Shown here: positions 40,208-51,050 of the stretch, piece after piece
Layout: each line of letters begins with the position of its first letter
Numbering within the stretch: the stretch's first letter is position 1
Virus record (IMG/VR): IMGVR_UViG_3300011813_000035
Coordinates: 1-64,000 of that record
Length of the DNA: 64,000 nt
Direction: 5' to 3' (one strand)
DNA from: an uncultured virus (IMG/VR IMGVR_UViG_3300011813_000035)
Lineage: Duplodnaviria > Heunggongvirae > Uroviricota > Caudoviricetes
Made by a program: the position numbers and the translations under genes
The notes under the pieces: generated by a model
Database searches by the model: none
Told to the model about the DNA's origin: nothing
The model's input: only the letters and a program-made list of their open reading frames with translations

Positions 40208-41826
40208 AATGTCTCCTGTCTGATCTGATCGTATTTTTGTTTAGCTTTATTTTTGTTGTCAGTAGGTCGCCCACCCTTATTGCCCTGTGGTTCAGTTATC
40301 TCGCCTCGTCCACTAGATGTATATGCGGTCTGTCTACATTTGAAAATTTGCTCAAATCCTTCGTCGTTTTCTTTGGATCGTTTTGCTTTTTCATCATTTA
40401 CATCTATGCCAAGCAATTCTAAACTTGATGTAAGAGAACCATTAAATATAGTATAAAGAGTGGAGGCTAAGTCTTTTCGCATTTCAAAACTAAGCTCTTC
40501 ACTGTCAATAACATTGATAGTTGGGCAAAATTCAACTGGTAGATTATTGTCTACTAATACCTGTTTATACCATTTTTGCAAGATATCCTCGACTTGTTCA
40601 GAAATCATATTTATGGTACGCATAAGCTGTGTTACAGAGATATCAGAAGTACTTACAGATTGACTACCCGAATCCATTAGAAAACTGATACCAAGAGCCG
40701 CTAATACACGAGAACGATAGTTATTGACAGTCTTTGTATCTGTAAGTTCTATTTTGGGTTCTACATATAATATTTCTTCTACAGTCGGAGGAGTAGTTAC
40801 TACTACAGTTGGTTGTTTCCATGCAGCCATAAAGTTCTGGTGCGCATAACTCATTTCTTCAAAGCCCTTTTTATTGCCTTCGGTTCCCATTACTTCCTTG
40901 CGAAGTTTTTGGTGAATTATCTTTTTTGCCTTAGCTTTACTATTCACTCTGTCAGCATTGTCGAAAGTGTCAAGCATAAGAAGATCTTTGAACGTGCGAA
41001 AAATCGGGGTAAGGCCATAATTCCGATTCATATTATTTATTCTAATTACCCCGGAATATTTAAAATCCAATTTTGCAAAATCCTCTTTAGCAATGAAAGC
41101 ATCGTATACCTCTTGCGGATAATTTGCTTTGACTTCTTCTTCCATATCACTAAAAAACAAGGGTTTATTTTTCTTGGTTTTTCTATAAATCTTTTGAAGT
41201 CTTGAACGAAGTTCTCTTATATTAAAGAGTACAATGGGATCTCCGTTTATATCATAATCACCAAGAACACAAACCCCAATGGGATAATAATCTATTTTAT
41301 AACGATTATTTTCATGCCTTAAATAACAAATATAATTACCCTCATCAAATGTTGTTGGAATTGAATTGCGGATAAACCTTTTGATATTGATTGTTTGATT
41401 AAATTCCGTAATAATATCTTTAACCTGCTGAAGTTGCTTAGATTTATTTCGTCCGGAGATATCCATATCATATGATAATTTTGTTTTGGTATTAATATTT
41501 GTGGTTATGCACTCGTGCGTTTTACCAATGATTCCGTCCTTATTGATTTCTTTGCGTACAATAGAGTTTATAATCTGTATCTTCCTTAAATCATTCTGAG
41601 TACCATCAGCCAATTCATCTATATACTCTGGTGTTAGTTTTTCAGACGGTGAATTGCCATCTTTTAGATATGCAGAATATTTTTGGTTTGATGGATCATA
41701 ACCAGCGACTGCACTGGCAAGCCATTTATCGGTGATGGTATCTGAGGAAGTAATAACTTCTGTGCCATCGTTTGAGGTAGAACGAATTATTACTTCATAG
41801 TCTTCATTATTTGTATTTTCGGGCAT
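40204..41826 (-). CDS. portal protein
   Basis: 540 aa after terminase, C-terminal 'KGGRP'. Confidence 0.75.
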   Translation of the reverse strand: MPENTNNEDYEVIIRSTSNDGTEVITSSDTITDKWLASAVAGYDPSNQKYSAYLKDGNSPSEKLTPEYIDELADGTQNDLRKIQIINSIVRKEINKDGIIGKTHECITTNINTKTKLSYDMDISGRNKSKQLQQVKDIITEFNQTINIKRFIRNSIPTTFDEGNYICYLRHENNRYKIDYYPIGVCVLGDYDINGDPIVLFNIRELRSRLQKIYRKTKKNKPLFFSDMEEEVKANYPQEVYDAFIAKEDFAKLDFKYSGVIRINNMNRNYGLTPIFRTFKDLLMLDTFDNADRVNSKAKAKKIIHQKLRKEVMGTEGNKKGFEEMSYAHQNFMAAWKQPTVVVTTPPTVEEILYVEPKIELTDTKTVNNYRSRVLAALGISFLMDSGSQSVSTSDISVTQLMRTINMISEQVEDILQKWYKQVLVDNNLPVEFCPTINVIDSEELSFEMRKDLASTLYTIFNGSLTSSLELLGIDVNDEKAKRSKENDEGFEQIFKCRQTAYTSSGRGEITEPQGNKGGRPTDNKNKAKQKYDQIRQETL

Positions 41827-41841
41827 TTTTCACCGTCCTTT

Positions 41842-43683
41842 CTAATCATAAGATATTGAAGAAGAACATAGAGGAGCAGAAGAGTAGTCAGCGGGCTGTT
41901 CCTCTTGGGTGATTATTTGTCCTCGTCTTAGTTCATAAAGCCTATGAGCTAACATAATAAGAACATAAAACCGATCATCATGCATCGAGTTCTCTTTATC
42001 TTTTGCCAAAGCATATGTTTTTGTGGTTTTTTCTGCATTTTCATATTTATAAATTGAGGTAGTTTCAAGCTTCATTAGATCAATATTTGCTAACGCGGAT
42101 ATTTCTTTATCAGATAATTCATATTTTTCAATTATCTCTTCATCTGAATCCTCTTGCTTCTTAGCCATTGATATAAACTCTTGCTTAAACTCAAATGGGA
42201 ATTTAATGACACCCAAATCCATTAATTCTATAAACTCGTCAACCATTTGCGTTCTGTATTTCTTAGGACTAATTAGTCTCAATTTGTCGATAGCGTTTGG
42301 ATAAAGTTCCTTATATCCGGTGTAAATATCATGTGATGCATCAATTAAACCTCTATGACGCCGACCATCTTCTCCAACCCAATCGTTAAGTAATCCGTCA
42401 GCATATGTAGAAACGCCGCCTCCACCAGCTCCTTGGTCAATCAACAAACAATCAATGTTTTGGTAATCATTATATTGTCCGTTATAAAGAGCAAGGTATT
42501 TTCTGATTTCTGCCAACTGTCTATTTGAATCTAACTTATAGCCCTTTTTACTAGCCTTATCAAATAAATTGGCGCAGTTAACAATTTCGCCAATATAGCC
42601 CAGATTGGGATCATTGACAATATTCATAGCCCCAAGAATAGAATTGTCAATTGTTCTGGCGGGATCTAAAGCAAGACATAAAGAAGTGTTTGGTTTGTAA
42701 GATAATTGTGGCAGATAAAAGCACTCATTTCGCCGTATGATTCCCCATTTAACAATTTGATTAACGCCACCGTCACGAGTAGGCTGGTTATAATATTCCC
42801 TTAATGCCTTTTCTCTATTGGCCTTCATAGCTGCATCAACTTTATCTTGCGTTAGAAGAGGAGTATATGGTTTGCCCTCCATGAACGTTTTTATAGCTGT
42901 ATCACATATCATATCTACAACGATATAATCTCGATCACCGGCAATCATTCGTTTGGTAAAGTTTTTATAATGCTGATAAAAAATCTTGCTCATGTCATCT
43001 TGAGATGAAGCATAGACTAACTGAGTGGGACATTTTCTTTTTAAAGTATCGGGGTTAAAACCTTTTGCAACTGAAGTCTTAAACTCTGTGTTCTGTGTTG
43101 CAAAAGCCTCGCAAACTGCAATTAACTCGTCAGATGAAAATGCTGCTTCATCAAAAAACACTAAAGTTGCCCTACGGGATCTGTTGTTATCAGGATTTCC
43201 ATTAAGAGTAAATATTTCGCTACCATTATAGAATTCTACATGGAAGCCAGACTGAGCATGTCCAAATCCTGTCTTGTTATTGCCTGATTTTTTGGTTTCC
43301 TTTTCTACAATATCTTTAAGAGAATCTATAGATGCTGCGGTTTTTCCTATGCGGAGAACAATCTCTTCAATTTTTGAGAAGGTTTCTTTTGACTGATCGC
43401 CGACAGAACTTACTATATAAATTGCCTGATTCTCATACAAAATTGCTTTAAGAATCATAAAAATTGCACCCAAAAATGACTTTCCAAAATTTCGACTACA
43501 ACACCATAGAACGTGCGGTTTATTCCAACTTGCTTGTAATATGTATTTTTGGCTGTCTATAAGTTTTATTCCAAGTAAATCTTCACAAGCAATACAGGGA
43601 TTACGCCTGTAGTATGCGATGCTTTTAGCATCTAACTCGCAAATTCGCTTTTTTCTTTCTGATATTAACTTATGATGAGCCAT
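41842..43683 (-). CDS. terminase large subunit
   Basis: Walker A 'CSRNFGKS', Walker B 'FFDEAAF', 'LALDPA' and 'HDDR' nuclease motifs. Confidence 0.92.
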   Translation of the reverse strand: MAHHKLISERKKRICELDAKSIAYYRRNPCIACEDLLGIKLIDSQKYILQASWNKPHVLWCCSRNFGKSFLGAIFMILKAILYENQAIYIVSSVGDQSKETFSKIEEIVLRIGKTAASIDSLKDIVEKETKKSGNNKTGFGHAQSGFHVEFYNGSEIFTLNGNPDNNRSRRATLVFFDEAAFSSDELIAVCEAFATQNTEFKTSVAKGFNPDTLKRKCPTQLVYASSQDDMSKIFYQHYKNFTKRMIAGDRDYIVVDMICDTAIKTFMEGKPYTPLLTQDKVDAAMKANREKALREYYNQPTRDGGVNQIVKWGIIRRNECFYLPQLSYKPNTSLCLALDPARTIDNSILGAMNIVNDPNLGYIGEIVNCANLFDKASKKGYKLDSNRQLAEIRKYLALYNGQYNDYQNIDCLLIDQGAGGGGVSTYADGLLNDWVGEDGRRHRGLIDASHDIYTGYKELYPNAIDKLRLISPKKYRTQMVDEFIELMDLGVIKFPFEFKQEFISMAKKQEDSDEEIIEKYELSDKEISALANIDLMKLETTSIYKYENAEKTTKTYALAKDKENSMHDDRFYVLIMLAHRLYELRRGQIITQEEQPADYSSAPLCSSSISYD

Positions 43684-44773
43684 TGTTGTCACCGTCCTCT
43701 TCAGTGGACAATTGTGATTTAAGCTCATCGACCTGTATGAGTAACTGACGAACCTGCTCTTTTTTATCGTCTAATTCCTTGTATAAGTCATCTATTAATT
43801 TTATTTGTGTTTCATATACTTCCTTTTTATCGTTTTCATCAAATAAACAATGATCCAAAAGTGCTTTTTGAGATACTGAAATTGCCCACTGTGTTCCATC
43901 CCCGCTTAATTGATCATAGTAATCAGCTTCGGCTTTATCGAAGTGATTCTCTCGTAAATCGCGCATTAAATATGTTAATGTCGATTTACCTACATCTTTA
44001 TTAGATCTATTTTTTACAGAAATTTCATTTTCTTTTGCGATTTTATCATTGCTAGCAACAAGATCTTTTTTTATAACATTTAAAGTTTTAATGTCATTAG
44101 CGTCTTTAACCGGATCTAAATTAGCAATTCGTTTATCGCATACATGAATTTGTTTATTGTTGTTGACAATTTGCAATATCTGGGAAAGCTTGTATGCGTC
44201 TTCAGCAGAATCTTCGTCTTCTAAATATGGAGCAAGCTGATTAAATAAGAAACGCCTATCTACTTCTGGATAATCCTCGAACGGATCATAGCCAATAAGT
44301 TCAATGGCATAATCTCTATTCTGTTTGTCCTGTTTCGACCACCTAACCTCTTTATCTTGTTCAACTTCAATGGCCGTTTTACCTATTTCGCCAGCTAAAA
44401 TTGATTGCGAAAAGTCTTGATACTGATATTGGCGACCATTAATTTGACGCATATAAAGCCCCATACTAAAATTATTGTTAGCTTTTATGATGCTGTCAAA
44501 AAGAGAGTAGTAGTACGGAATATCAAGTTTATAGCACATAAAAATACAAGCCGATTTTGTGTTGTACTTTTTCTCATAATATAAAAAAAGTTCATTCACA
44601 CAGTCCTTGCAAATATGTGTAAACTTTGAGTTTTTTGTGAAGCACTCTGACCATTGAGATTTATAGAATTTGCCAACGGGGTTCTCATAACTTCTTCCGC
44701 ATCGTAGGCACGTATAAACGTGAGAATCGTCAAAGTTATCATTCAGGTCGGCAACTTTGGGTTTCCTTGCCAT
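43670..44773 (-). CDS. putative terminase small subunit (Zn-binding)
   Basis: CLRC/CKDC motifs, overlaps the large terminase start. Confidence 0.55.
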   Translation of the reverse strand: MARKPKVADLNDNFDDSHVYTCLRCGRSYENPVGKFYKSQWSECFTKNSKFTHICKDCVNELFLYYEKKYNTKSACIFMCYKLDIPYYYSLFDSIIKANNNFSMGLYMRQINGRQYQYQDFSQSILAGEIGKTAIEVEQDKEVRWSKQDKQNRDYAIELIGYDPFEDYPEVDRRFLFNQLAPYLEDEDSAEDAYKLSQILQIVNNNKQIHVCDKRIANLDPVKDANDIKTLNVIKKDLVASNDKIAKENEISVKNRSNKDVGKSTLTYLMRDLRENHFDKAEADYYDQLSGDGTQWAISVSQKALLDHCLFDENDKKEVYETQIKLIDDLYKELDDKKEQVRQLLIQVDELKSQLSTEEDGDNNGSS

Positions 44774-44846
44774 TTATAATGCCTCCTTTGCTTTAGTATC
44801 AATTTTGCAATACAAAAAATGATACCTCATTCGAGATATCACAAGT

Positions 44847-45293
44847 CTAGTTTTCATATCCTATTGAAAAATTTTTTAATTCGTTTTCAGGAATAAACTT
44901 TTCGATTTCATCCGAGAGTATGTTATACTCTATCATTGCTTTTTCTTTGTTTTGATATAAAGCGTTTTTAACTATTTTGTGTGACAATAAATGATTTTCT
45001 AAACAGCAATCATATCCAGAAATATAATCTTCTGCCTTAATTGAATCATCATACTTACACATATCAGTTATGTAGTTTAAGTAATCAGCATATAGATGAA
45101 TCACAAATGTTTTCCCCATACATCTCGGACAATTTGTAACTTTACCTTCAATTAAATTTTTAAGTAGTTTCTTTTGAGATTGTGAAAGTGATATTTTATT
45201 TGAACTTTGCCAAGTTTTCCAATTCATTATTGATGGTGAATATGTAGGTAAAATATTTTCAATATAATTAATACAATCTTCGTATGTAATCAA
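44847..45293 (-). CDS. hypothetical protein
   Basis: 148 aa, 'PRCMGKT' P-loop-like fragment; TTG start after SD. Confidence 0.5.
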   Translation of the reverse strand: MITYEDCINYIENILPTYSPSIMNWKTWQSSNKISLSQSQKKLLKNLIEGKVTNCPRCMGKTFVIHLYADYLNYITDMCKYDDSIKAEDYISGYDCCLENHLLSHKIVKNALYQNKEKAMIEYNILSDEIEKFIPENELKNFSIGYEN

Positions 45294-45440
45294 AATGCCG
45301 CCACCTATCTTTCCAATAAAATAAGCTCTTACCTCCAGTGCAGTAGTGCTTGTTTCTATATTTTGATTTCCAAATGAAAGTGCAGATTCAAGTAAAAAAG
45401 AGAGTAGTAATAAAGATTCATGCTGTAGTTTATACGTTCT

Positions 45441-45680
45441 TTATAATTTCCTCCAACCAAACGTAAATAGCATATAAATTATTAAATCTCCATTTTCATT
45501 TCCTACACAACAGGTACTGCCAATAGGAGGACAAACATCAAAATCTGGACTACTATTAAATAAACCACTAGCTTTTTTCTTTGTGGTGGGAAGATATTCA
45601 ATTTCTTCTTCTGTATCTACAACAAACTCACACATATTTACGTTTGGTTTATCGCCAATCCTTAATAATGTTCCTGCCAT
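45441..45680 (-). CDS. small virion-associated hypothetical protein
   Basis: 79 aa, SD AAGGAG. Confidence 0.6.
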   Translation of the reverse strand: MAGTLLRIGDKPNVNMCEFVVDTEEEIEYLPTTKKKASGLFNSSPDFDVCPPIGSTCCVGNENGDLIIYMLFTFGWRKL

Positions 45681-45689
45681 AATATCTCC

Positions 45690-45899
45690 TTAAATAAAAA
45701 TGAGATCACTAGTAAAAGCAATCTCTGTAATAACTTTTATTTTTGTAATTGGAATAGACTTCATTAATTCCTTCAATTTAGCCTCTACATCATCAAGAAC
45801 AGTAGAAGAGAAGTCTGTAGTACTAGTAGAATCTACCTTTACAAAAGACCAATATTCATTCGTTCCATTAGATGTAGATGTCATAATTTTATATGTCAT
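45690..45899 (-). CDS. hypothetical protein
   Basis: 69 aa, ATGA overlap with endolysin stop. Confidence 0.55.
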   Translation of the reverse strand: MTYKIMTSTSNGTNEYWSFVKVDSTSTTDFSSTVLDDVEAKLKELMKSIPITKIKVITEIAFTSDLIFI

Positions 45900-46696
45900 A
45901 GCGTGCTCCTGTCCGATAATCCTTTATACTCTAATGCTCCGTCGTTTAAAGAGGAGAGAATCACTTCACCAGTTACCATCTTACCATCAGTATCAACAGC
46001 ATAGATTTTTCCTGAATTTTCAACTAACTGAGATGTACACATTGCACCATCAGGGCCTAAGTAATACCATGTTCCCTTATGCTGATACCATGTATTCTTA
46101 ATCATGTTCCCGGAACCGTTGAACCAATACCACTTACCATCAATCTGTGCCCAATCATTACAGACTGGAAGACCCGTATCTCCGTTGTAGTATTTCCAAT
46201 TGTCACCTTCTTGCTGCCAACCAGATTTCTTATCGGAAGTGACTTCTTCTTTTATAGCAGACCACGTCTTTTTAAAGTCGTCTGGATTAGCATATACCTT
46301 TTTAATACCGCTCGTTGAACTTCCCCAGTCTGGAAGTTGAAAATGCGGCTTGTCTACTGGTGATTTCCAATTTCCGCCCCATTCCAGTCCAATATACACT
46401 CCAATAGATCCTACACGTCCAAAGAAGTTCCCGGTTTCGTTGTACGCTCCCTGTCCGTCATTCCGGTAAATGTCAAAGGCTGCCCCCCACTGATGATAGG
46501 AACTGTATGTACTTCCGGGAGCATTGGTTACTTTGTTACCTGGTTTTGTTCTTCCTTGTGAATATAGAGAATCTTGCTCTGCAACGGTACGAAAAGTTTC
46601 TCCAATTGCAATTTTAAGTCCTTGCTTTGCGCATTCTTGAATTAATTGTGCTGCTAATTTTTGTAGCCTAGGGTGGCATAATGTAATATCTCTCAT
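45896..46696 (-). CDS. endolysin: M15 (L-Ala-D-Glu peptidase) domain plus cell-wall-binding repeats
   Basis: 'ETFRTVAEQDSLYSQGRT...SYHQWGAAFD...WGGNWKSPVDKPHFQ' and WYY repeats; start MRDITL after SD AAAGGAG. Confidence 0.9.
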   Translation of the reverse strand: MRDITLCHPRLQKLAAQLIQECAKQGLKIAIGETFRTVAEQDSLYSQGRTKPGNKVTNAPGSTYSSYHQWGAAFDIYRNDGQGAYNETGNFFGRVGSIGVYIGLEWGGNWKSPVDKPHFQLPDWGSSTSGIKKVYANPDDFKKTWSAIKEEVTSDKKSGWQQEGDNWKYYNGDTGLPVCNDWAQIDGKWYWFNGSGNMIKNTWYQHKGTWYYLGPDGAMCTSQLVENSGKIYAVDTDGKMVTGEVILSSLNDGALEYKGLSDRSTL

Positions 46697-46948
46697 ATAA
46701 ATCTCCTTTCTGTAAGATAGGAGAGTAGTAATACTCTTCTTAATTTGGTTTAGGATTTTCATTTCCTGTGGTATGGGTTTAGAGTCTCCGAATGCCGACT
46801 CTCTCTTTACTATCAGCATGAGTTGCTTCGTTGCTCCGGCAGCTAATTTAGAAATAATACTATTTTTTGAAGTGTAAGTTTGTTATAATTGAGTCAAATA
46901 ATATGAGTGAGTTTAGTGTTAATTTTTACAGTACAGGAGACAAATTAA

Positions 46949-47596
46949 ATGGATAAAAGAATGCAAGTTGAAATAAGAAAATCGACACGTGATATTACTA
47001 CAGCAATTAAGAATCATTCCAACCCGGGGAAATATGAATGGTTATCTTTATTTATATCAGGTTTAGGTATTATTATATCGACTATTGCAATTTTTGTTGC
47101 AGTACTTATACCAAAACAGATTGCAGAAGAACAAAATAACATAGCTCTTTTTGAAAAAAGATACAAAGTCTATCATGAAGTAAAAATAATGAATGATTTT
47201 TTAAATGGTTATTTTGATACATATCAGATAGCAATTTACAATTTGCCAATTAGAAATCCATCTATAGAAAAACGCGAAGCTTATTATTACAGAAGTTTGT
47301 GGGAAGGCGAAATACAAAAAAGTCAATATTCAATGAGTGATGACGTAGGAACCATTTTAAGACAACAAGAGCAATTGATAGATTCTCTGAGTCTTGTCTT
47401 CGATATTACAAGTGACGAAGAAACTCTTTGTAATGATTTTTTTAATACTTATAATGCTATGACACAAAGATATGTACTCCTTGATGAAACAAGTATTTAT
47501 ATTTCTATAAGAGAATTCAATGAAAGCTACAATCGATACGATTTAGTACATATTTTGGAGAAGATGAAGGAGCAAGTAAAACTTCACAATAACTAA
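46949..47596 (+). CDS. membrane-anchored accessory (moron) protein
   Basis: One TM helix then 'IALFEKRYKVY'; opposite strand, own promoter and SD. Confidence 0.65.
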   Translation: MDKRMQVEIRKSTRDITTAIKNHSNPGKYEWLSLFISGLGIIISTIAIFVAVLIPKQIAEEQNNIALFEKRYKVYHEVKIMNDFLNGYFDTYQIAIYNLPIRNPSIEKREAYYYRSLWEGEIQKSQYSMSDDVGTILRQQEQLIDSLSLVFDITSDEETLCNDFFNTYNAMTQRYVLLDETSIYISIREFNESYNRYDLVHILEKMKEQVKLHNN

Positions 47597-47618
47597 ATCA
47601 CGGCAATGAAAGGCGGAT

Positions 47619-48653
47619 TTAATCAGTCAAAGATCCCTGTTTTACTTCTTTGACTCCGTCTTTGTCAAAATACTTTTCAAATTCGTCTTCAGCGGTTAAA
47701 TCATTATAGATTTTTAGCATTTCTGAAGATGACCAACCAAAAAACTCTTGAATAACATGGGAAGGTAAATTCATACGATGAAGTCTGGTACAGGTATAAT
47801 GTCGCATACAGTGGAAATAGAAGTCGACTCCTAATATATCGGTAAACTGCTCAGTCCAATGACTAACGTCCTTTCTCTGATTCCAAGTAAATGTTCCGTC
47901 CTCATTTATTGATTTTGAAACAAATAAATATTTGCTAACAATATTTTTCTCTACTCTTTCATTTAGCCATAAATCAATATAGGGCTTCGCACCAAAAAGT
48001 ATAAATTTATTGAGCTGTTTTCCAAGCTTTCCGAATCCTTTTGTCCTGATTTTATCGGTCTTCCACATAGCATCATACACAAAATGTTCATCATTAAAGA
48101 ACTCGACCTTCATTTCAAGTAATTCTGTCTTTCGCATCCCAGAGAATGCGGCAATAGCTACTGAACAGGCGCGCTCATACTGCTTATTTTCTACAAGAGT
48201 TTTTAACAGGCGTTCCACTTCCTCATCTGGCAACACAGTCTTTTCTCTAACGGCTTCCTTACTGGGATTTTCTATCTTACGAATTATTGGGCGAAAGTTT
48301 TCAAATTCCTCTTCGTCGTCTAATACATTTTCTATGTAATTGGAAAGAGAGGATAAGCAAGATTTTACTCGTCTAATTCTATTAGGAGACCAACCCCATG
48401 TATTAAGTGCATGGTTTTGAAATTTGGCAATCTCTCTTTTGGTTAGTTTTGTAAAGAATTTATTATTGTTAAACTCCATATTCCAAACCCAAAATATGTT
48501 CAAATCTGACCGATAAGCTACTAATGACTGCGGGGACCTATCAATTGATTGCATGTACTCTAACCAATCTTCACCAAGCTGTTTGTTTTCAGTGCTTATT
48601 TTCGCCAATTTATCAGGACTGGTAATACTGTTATAAACTGTACTTCTTGCCAT
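47619..48653 (-). CDS. tyrosine recombinase / integrase family
   Basis: 'SGMRKTEL', 'FHCMRH', 'FFGW', 'IY' catalytic motifs. Confidence 0.9.
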   Translation of the reverse strand: MARSTVYNSITSPDKLAKISTENKQLGEDWLEYMQSIDRSPQSLVAYRSDLNIFWVWNMEFNNNKFFTKLTKREIAKFQNHALNTWGWSPNRIRRVKSCLSSLSNYIENVLDDEEEFENFRPIIRKIENPSKEAVREKTVLPDEEVERLLKTLVENKQYERACSVAIAAFSGMRKTELLEMKVEFFNDEHFVYDAMWKTDKIRTKGFGKLGKQLNKFILFGAKPYIDLWLNERVEKNIVSKYLFVSKSINEDGTFTWNQRKDVSHWTEQFTDILGVDFYFHCMRHYTCTRLHRMNLPSHVIQEFFGWSSSEMLKIYNDLTAEDEFEKYFDKDGVKEVKQGSLTD

Positions 48654-48883
48654 TTACTCACTTCCTTTCTAAATAAAATAAGCTCGCATCCTTTAACAGA
48701 TACGAACCTTATACGATTCATAAATTAATCTAACTTCTCCAAAAGTGTTTCTATAGTAACTGTTTCACCTACAGATACACATTTATCCTGACGTACCTCA
48801 AGCACTTCTTTTAAAATGGTAATTTCGTCGTCTGTAAGTTTAATCTCTTTTACGTAAACATCATACATTCACATCACCGCCCA

Positions 48884-49165
48884 TCAGATTTCTTTTACGC
48901 TACCCGAAATCTTAAAGCGGATTTCATCATGTTCAGGAGTAGTCCATGTAGATCCCTTTTTATCTCCGAGCTGTACAATTCCGTTTCTTTCGCCAACGTG
49001 TTTAACAGAAAATGCTCCAAGTCCTGGGAGTGTAATTTTTTCATCTTTATTAGAAGTTAAAGTTTCCTTTACTAAGTTTGCATATGCTGCTAATACATCA
49101 TCAACATTCTTCTGAGATAATTCGGTAGTTTCTGCAATGTTCTTTAATACGTCTGTCTTGTTCAT
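48884..49165 (-). CDS. hup: HU family DNA-binding protein
   Basis: 'MNKTDVLKNIAE...ITLPGLGAFSVK...ERNG' HU signature. Confidence 0.88.
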   Translation of the reverse strand: MNKTDVLKNIAETTELSQKNVDDVLAAYANLVKETLTSNKDEKITLPGLGAFSVKHVGERNGIVQLGDKKGSTWTTPEHDEIRFKISGSVKEI

Positions 49166-49277
49166 ATTTTATAAATCCTCATTCTTTCTTTTTTGTCAAT
49201 AAAATAGAAGAGTAGTAACACCCACTCTTCATATTAAAAGTCATTAATTCGTATCCATTGCTGTTAGATTACTAAGT

Positions 49278-50477
49278 TTAATCTAACTGTATATCACACA
49301 ATGCTTTGATTCTTTTGTTTTTAGTAACGACAGTGACTGTTTGCTCAGGTGCTCCCACAAAGCGTCCATCAATTGCGTAGGAATCCATCCCATCACAACA
49401 ACCAGACTGAATTACTTTCACTTCATCAACGGTAGTTAAACCATTTGCATGCCGATGTCCTAAGAAGCACAAATCTGGTAAGGGATATTTAGCTCTTCTA
49501 GCTAATTTAGTCATATTGTATACCACTGTTTTATCGCTATCCTTGTCTCCATGACTCGCATAAACATTCCAGCCCCTAACCCCAAATGTTGCAATGTTAA
49601 TATCCAGTGTGTTTTCTTCTATAAACACATTTTTGACATTATTAAAATCCTTACGTAGAACATAGGGGATTAACAAGTCAAAATTTTCACCATGAGCTGA
49701 TTCATCTTTATTAGCAGTAGACCTAGAATGATTACCTGGCGTTGTATATACAAACACACCTGAAAAAATATATCGTAATTCATCAATAAAGTGTCCGATG
49801 ATATCAGATACCATTTTAATTTGCTCTATAATATTTTCTTTAGATTCGAGTCTTGCATTTGTGTGTATAAGTCCATGGATCATATCCCCACCTAAGATAA
49901 CATAGGCATTTGTTGAATTATATGTATCTCTAATATCGGATATTTCATCAAGGTATTTCTTTAGTCGTTCCTGTAAAATATCAAAATTAAAGGTGTTAAG
50001 AGGACTTATAATATCTACGCCAACATGAACGTCTGTAAGGTGAATGATTATATCTGAGTCACTATCGATAATGGGAGATGGCGAATATTCAAACACGATT
50101 GGCTCATAATCATCTATTGCTCTTTTTACTATATTAAACAATTCTTCTCGCCTACTTTGTTCTCGTAATATTTTATTAAGACCAGTACGTTCATCGTAAA
50201 GCTTCTGTTTTTCCTTTTGAAGCTCCTGTTTCTGAATCTGAAGCTCTTTCATGTGCTTATCGGAGTCGCATGATTCGGCCTTCGCGTCTCCAAAACCCTC
50301 CAAATAACTTTTCATATGTTTTCGGTGGGCAGATTCGTCATAGCATACTCCAAAAGCCTCATTACACAACCTGCCAATTTCAGGATTACTTAATCCATAC
50401 AGTTCTTTGTTCTTATACAATCTTATTCGATAAGCCTTAGGTTCCTCATTTGGCTGTCTTAATGCCTTACTGTCTAT
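49278..50477 (-). CDS. calcineurin-like metallophosphoesterase (SPbeta YonJ-like), probable ATA start
   Basis: 'TDVHVG', 'GDMIHG', 'GNHSR', 'HGD', 'GHRH'; frame open to ATA 50477 after SD. Confidence 0.8.
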   Translation of the reverse strand: MDSKALRQPNEEPKAYRIRLYKNKELYGLSNPEIGRLCNEAFGVCYDESAHRKHMKSYLEGFGDAKAESCDSDKHMKELQIQKQELQKEKQKLYDERTGLNKILREQSRREELFNIVKRAIDDYEPIVFEYSPSPIIDSDSDIIIHLTDVHVGVDIISPLNTFNFDILQERLKKYLDEISDIRDTYNSTNAYVILGGDMIHGLIHTNARLESKENIIEQIKMVSDIIGHFIDELRYIFSGVFVYTTPGNHSRSTANKDESAHGENFDLLIPYVLRKDFNNVKNVFIEENTLDINIATFGVRGWNVYASHGDKDSDKTVVYNMTKLARRAKYPLPDLCFLGHRHANGLTTVDEVKVIQSGCCDGMDSYAIDGRFVGAPEQTVTVVTKNKRIKALCDIQLD

Positions 50478-50494
50478 ACGTCAGCCCACCCTTC

Positions 50495-50752
50495 CTATTC
50501 GTTGTCTTCATCGTAAGATTCAATGTTTTCATCGTCAGATTCAATTAATTCGAGGTCCTCATCGGATTTAAGCTGCACTCCAAACTCAATGCTTTCGTTT
50601 TTAAACGCATTGAGCAAATCTGCAATTTTTACTTCCTGCTTAATGTCATTTTCGTCCACATATGTAATAGTAGTTGTATCCTCTGATAGAACACCTTTAA
50701 CTGATAACTTATCTGTTATATTTCTCTTATATACTAATTTGCTTTTTCCCAT
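50495..50752 (-). CDS. YonK-like small protein
   Basis: 85 aa acidic ORF; synteny with SPbeta late region. Confidence 0.5.
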   Translation of the reverse strand: MGKSKLVYKRNITDKLSVKGVLSEDTTTITYVDENDIKQEVKIADLLNAFKNESIEFGVQLKSDEDLELIESDDENIESYDEDNE

Positions 50753-50824
50753 TGCTTAAAATATTCCTTTCATTCTTAGATTTTTACATAAAAATAGAAG
50801 AGCAGTACCTACTCTCCAAATCAA

Positions 50825-51007
50825 CTATATTATCTGTTTTACAATATTTGATTTTCTGATCCTATTTAAATCTGCCATACCTTTTCGAGACTCTGTGAAA
50901 TAATACTTTTTGTATCGACTATAGGTATGATGCAAATCACCTTCATGCCCAAATGAATAACCTAACTTCTGTAACTCAACACTTTCCGATTTTGTAATCT
51001 GAACTAT
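50825..51007 (-). CDS. small hypothetical protein, 60 aa (ATA start)
   Basis: Hand translation (M)VQITKSESVELQKLG...KKYYFTES; SD GAAGG upstream. Confidence 0.45.
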   Translation of the reverse strand: MVQITKSESVELQKLGYSFGHEGDLHHTYSRYKKYYFTESRKGMADLNRIRKSNIVKQII

Positions 51008-51050
51008 TGATAAAACCTTCTTTCTTGTTTGTATTCCGTAAAATACGGTA

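Noticed and set aside
47619..48653. att site next to the tyrosine recombinase
   Set aside because: Phage genes continue on both sides and no core repeat or host junction is visible
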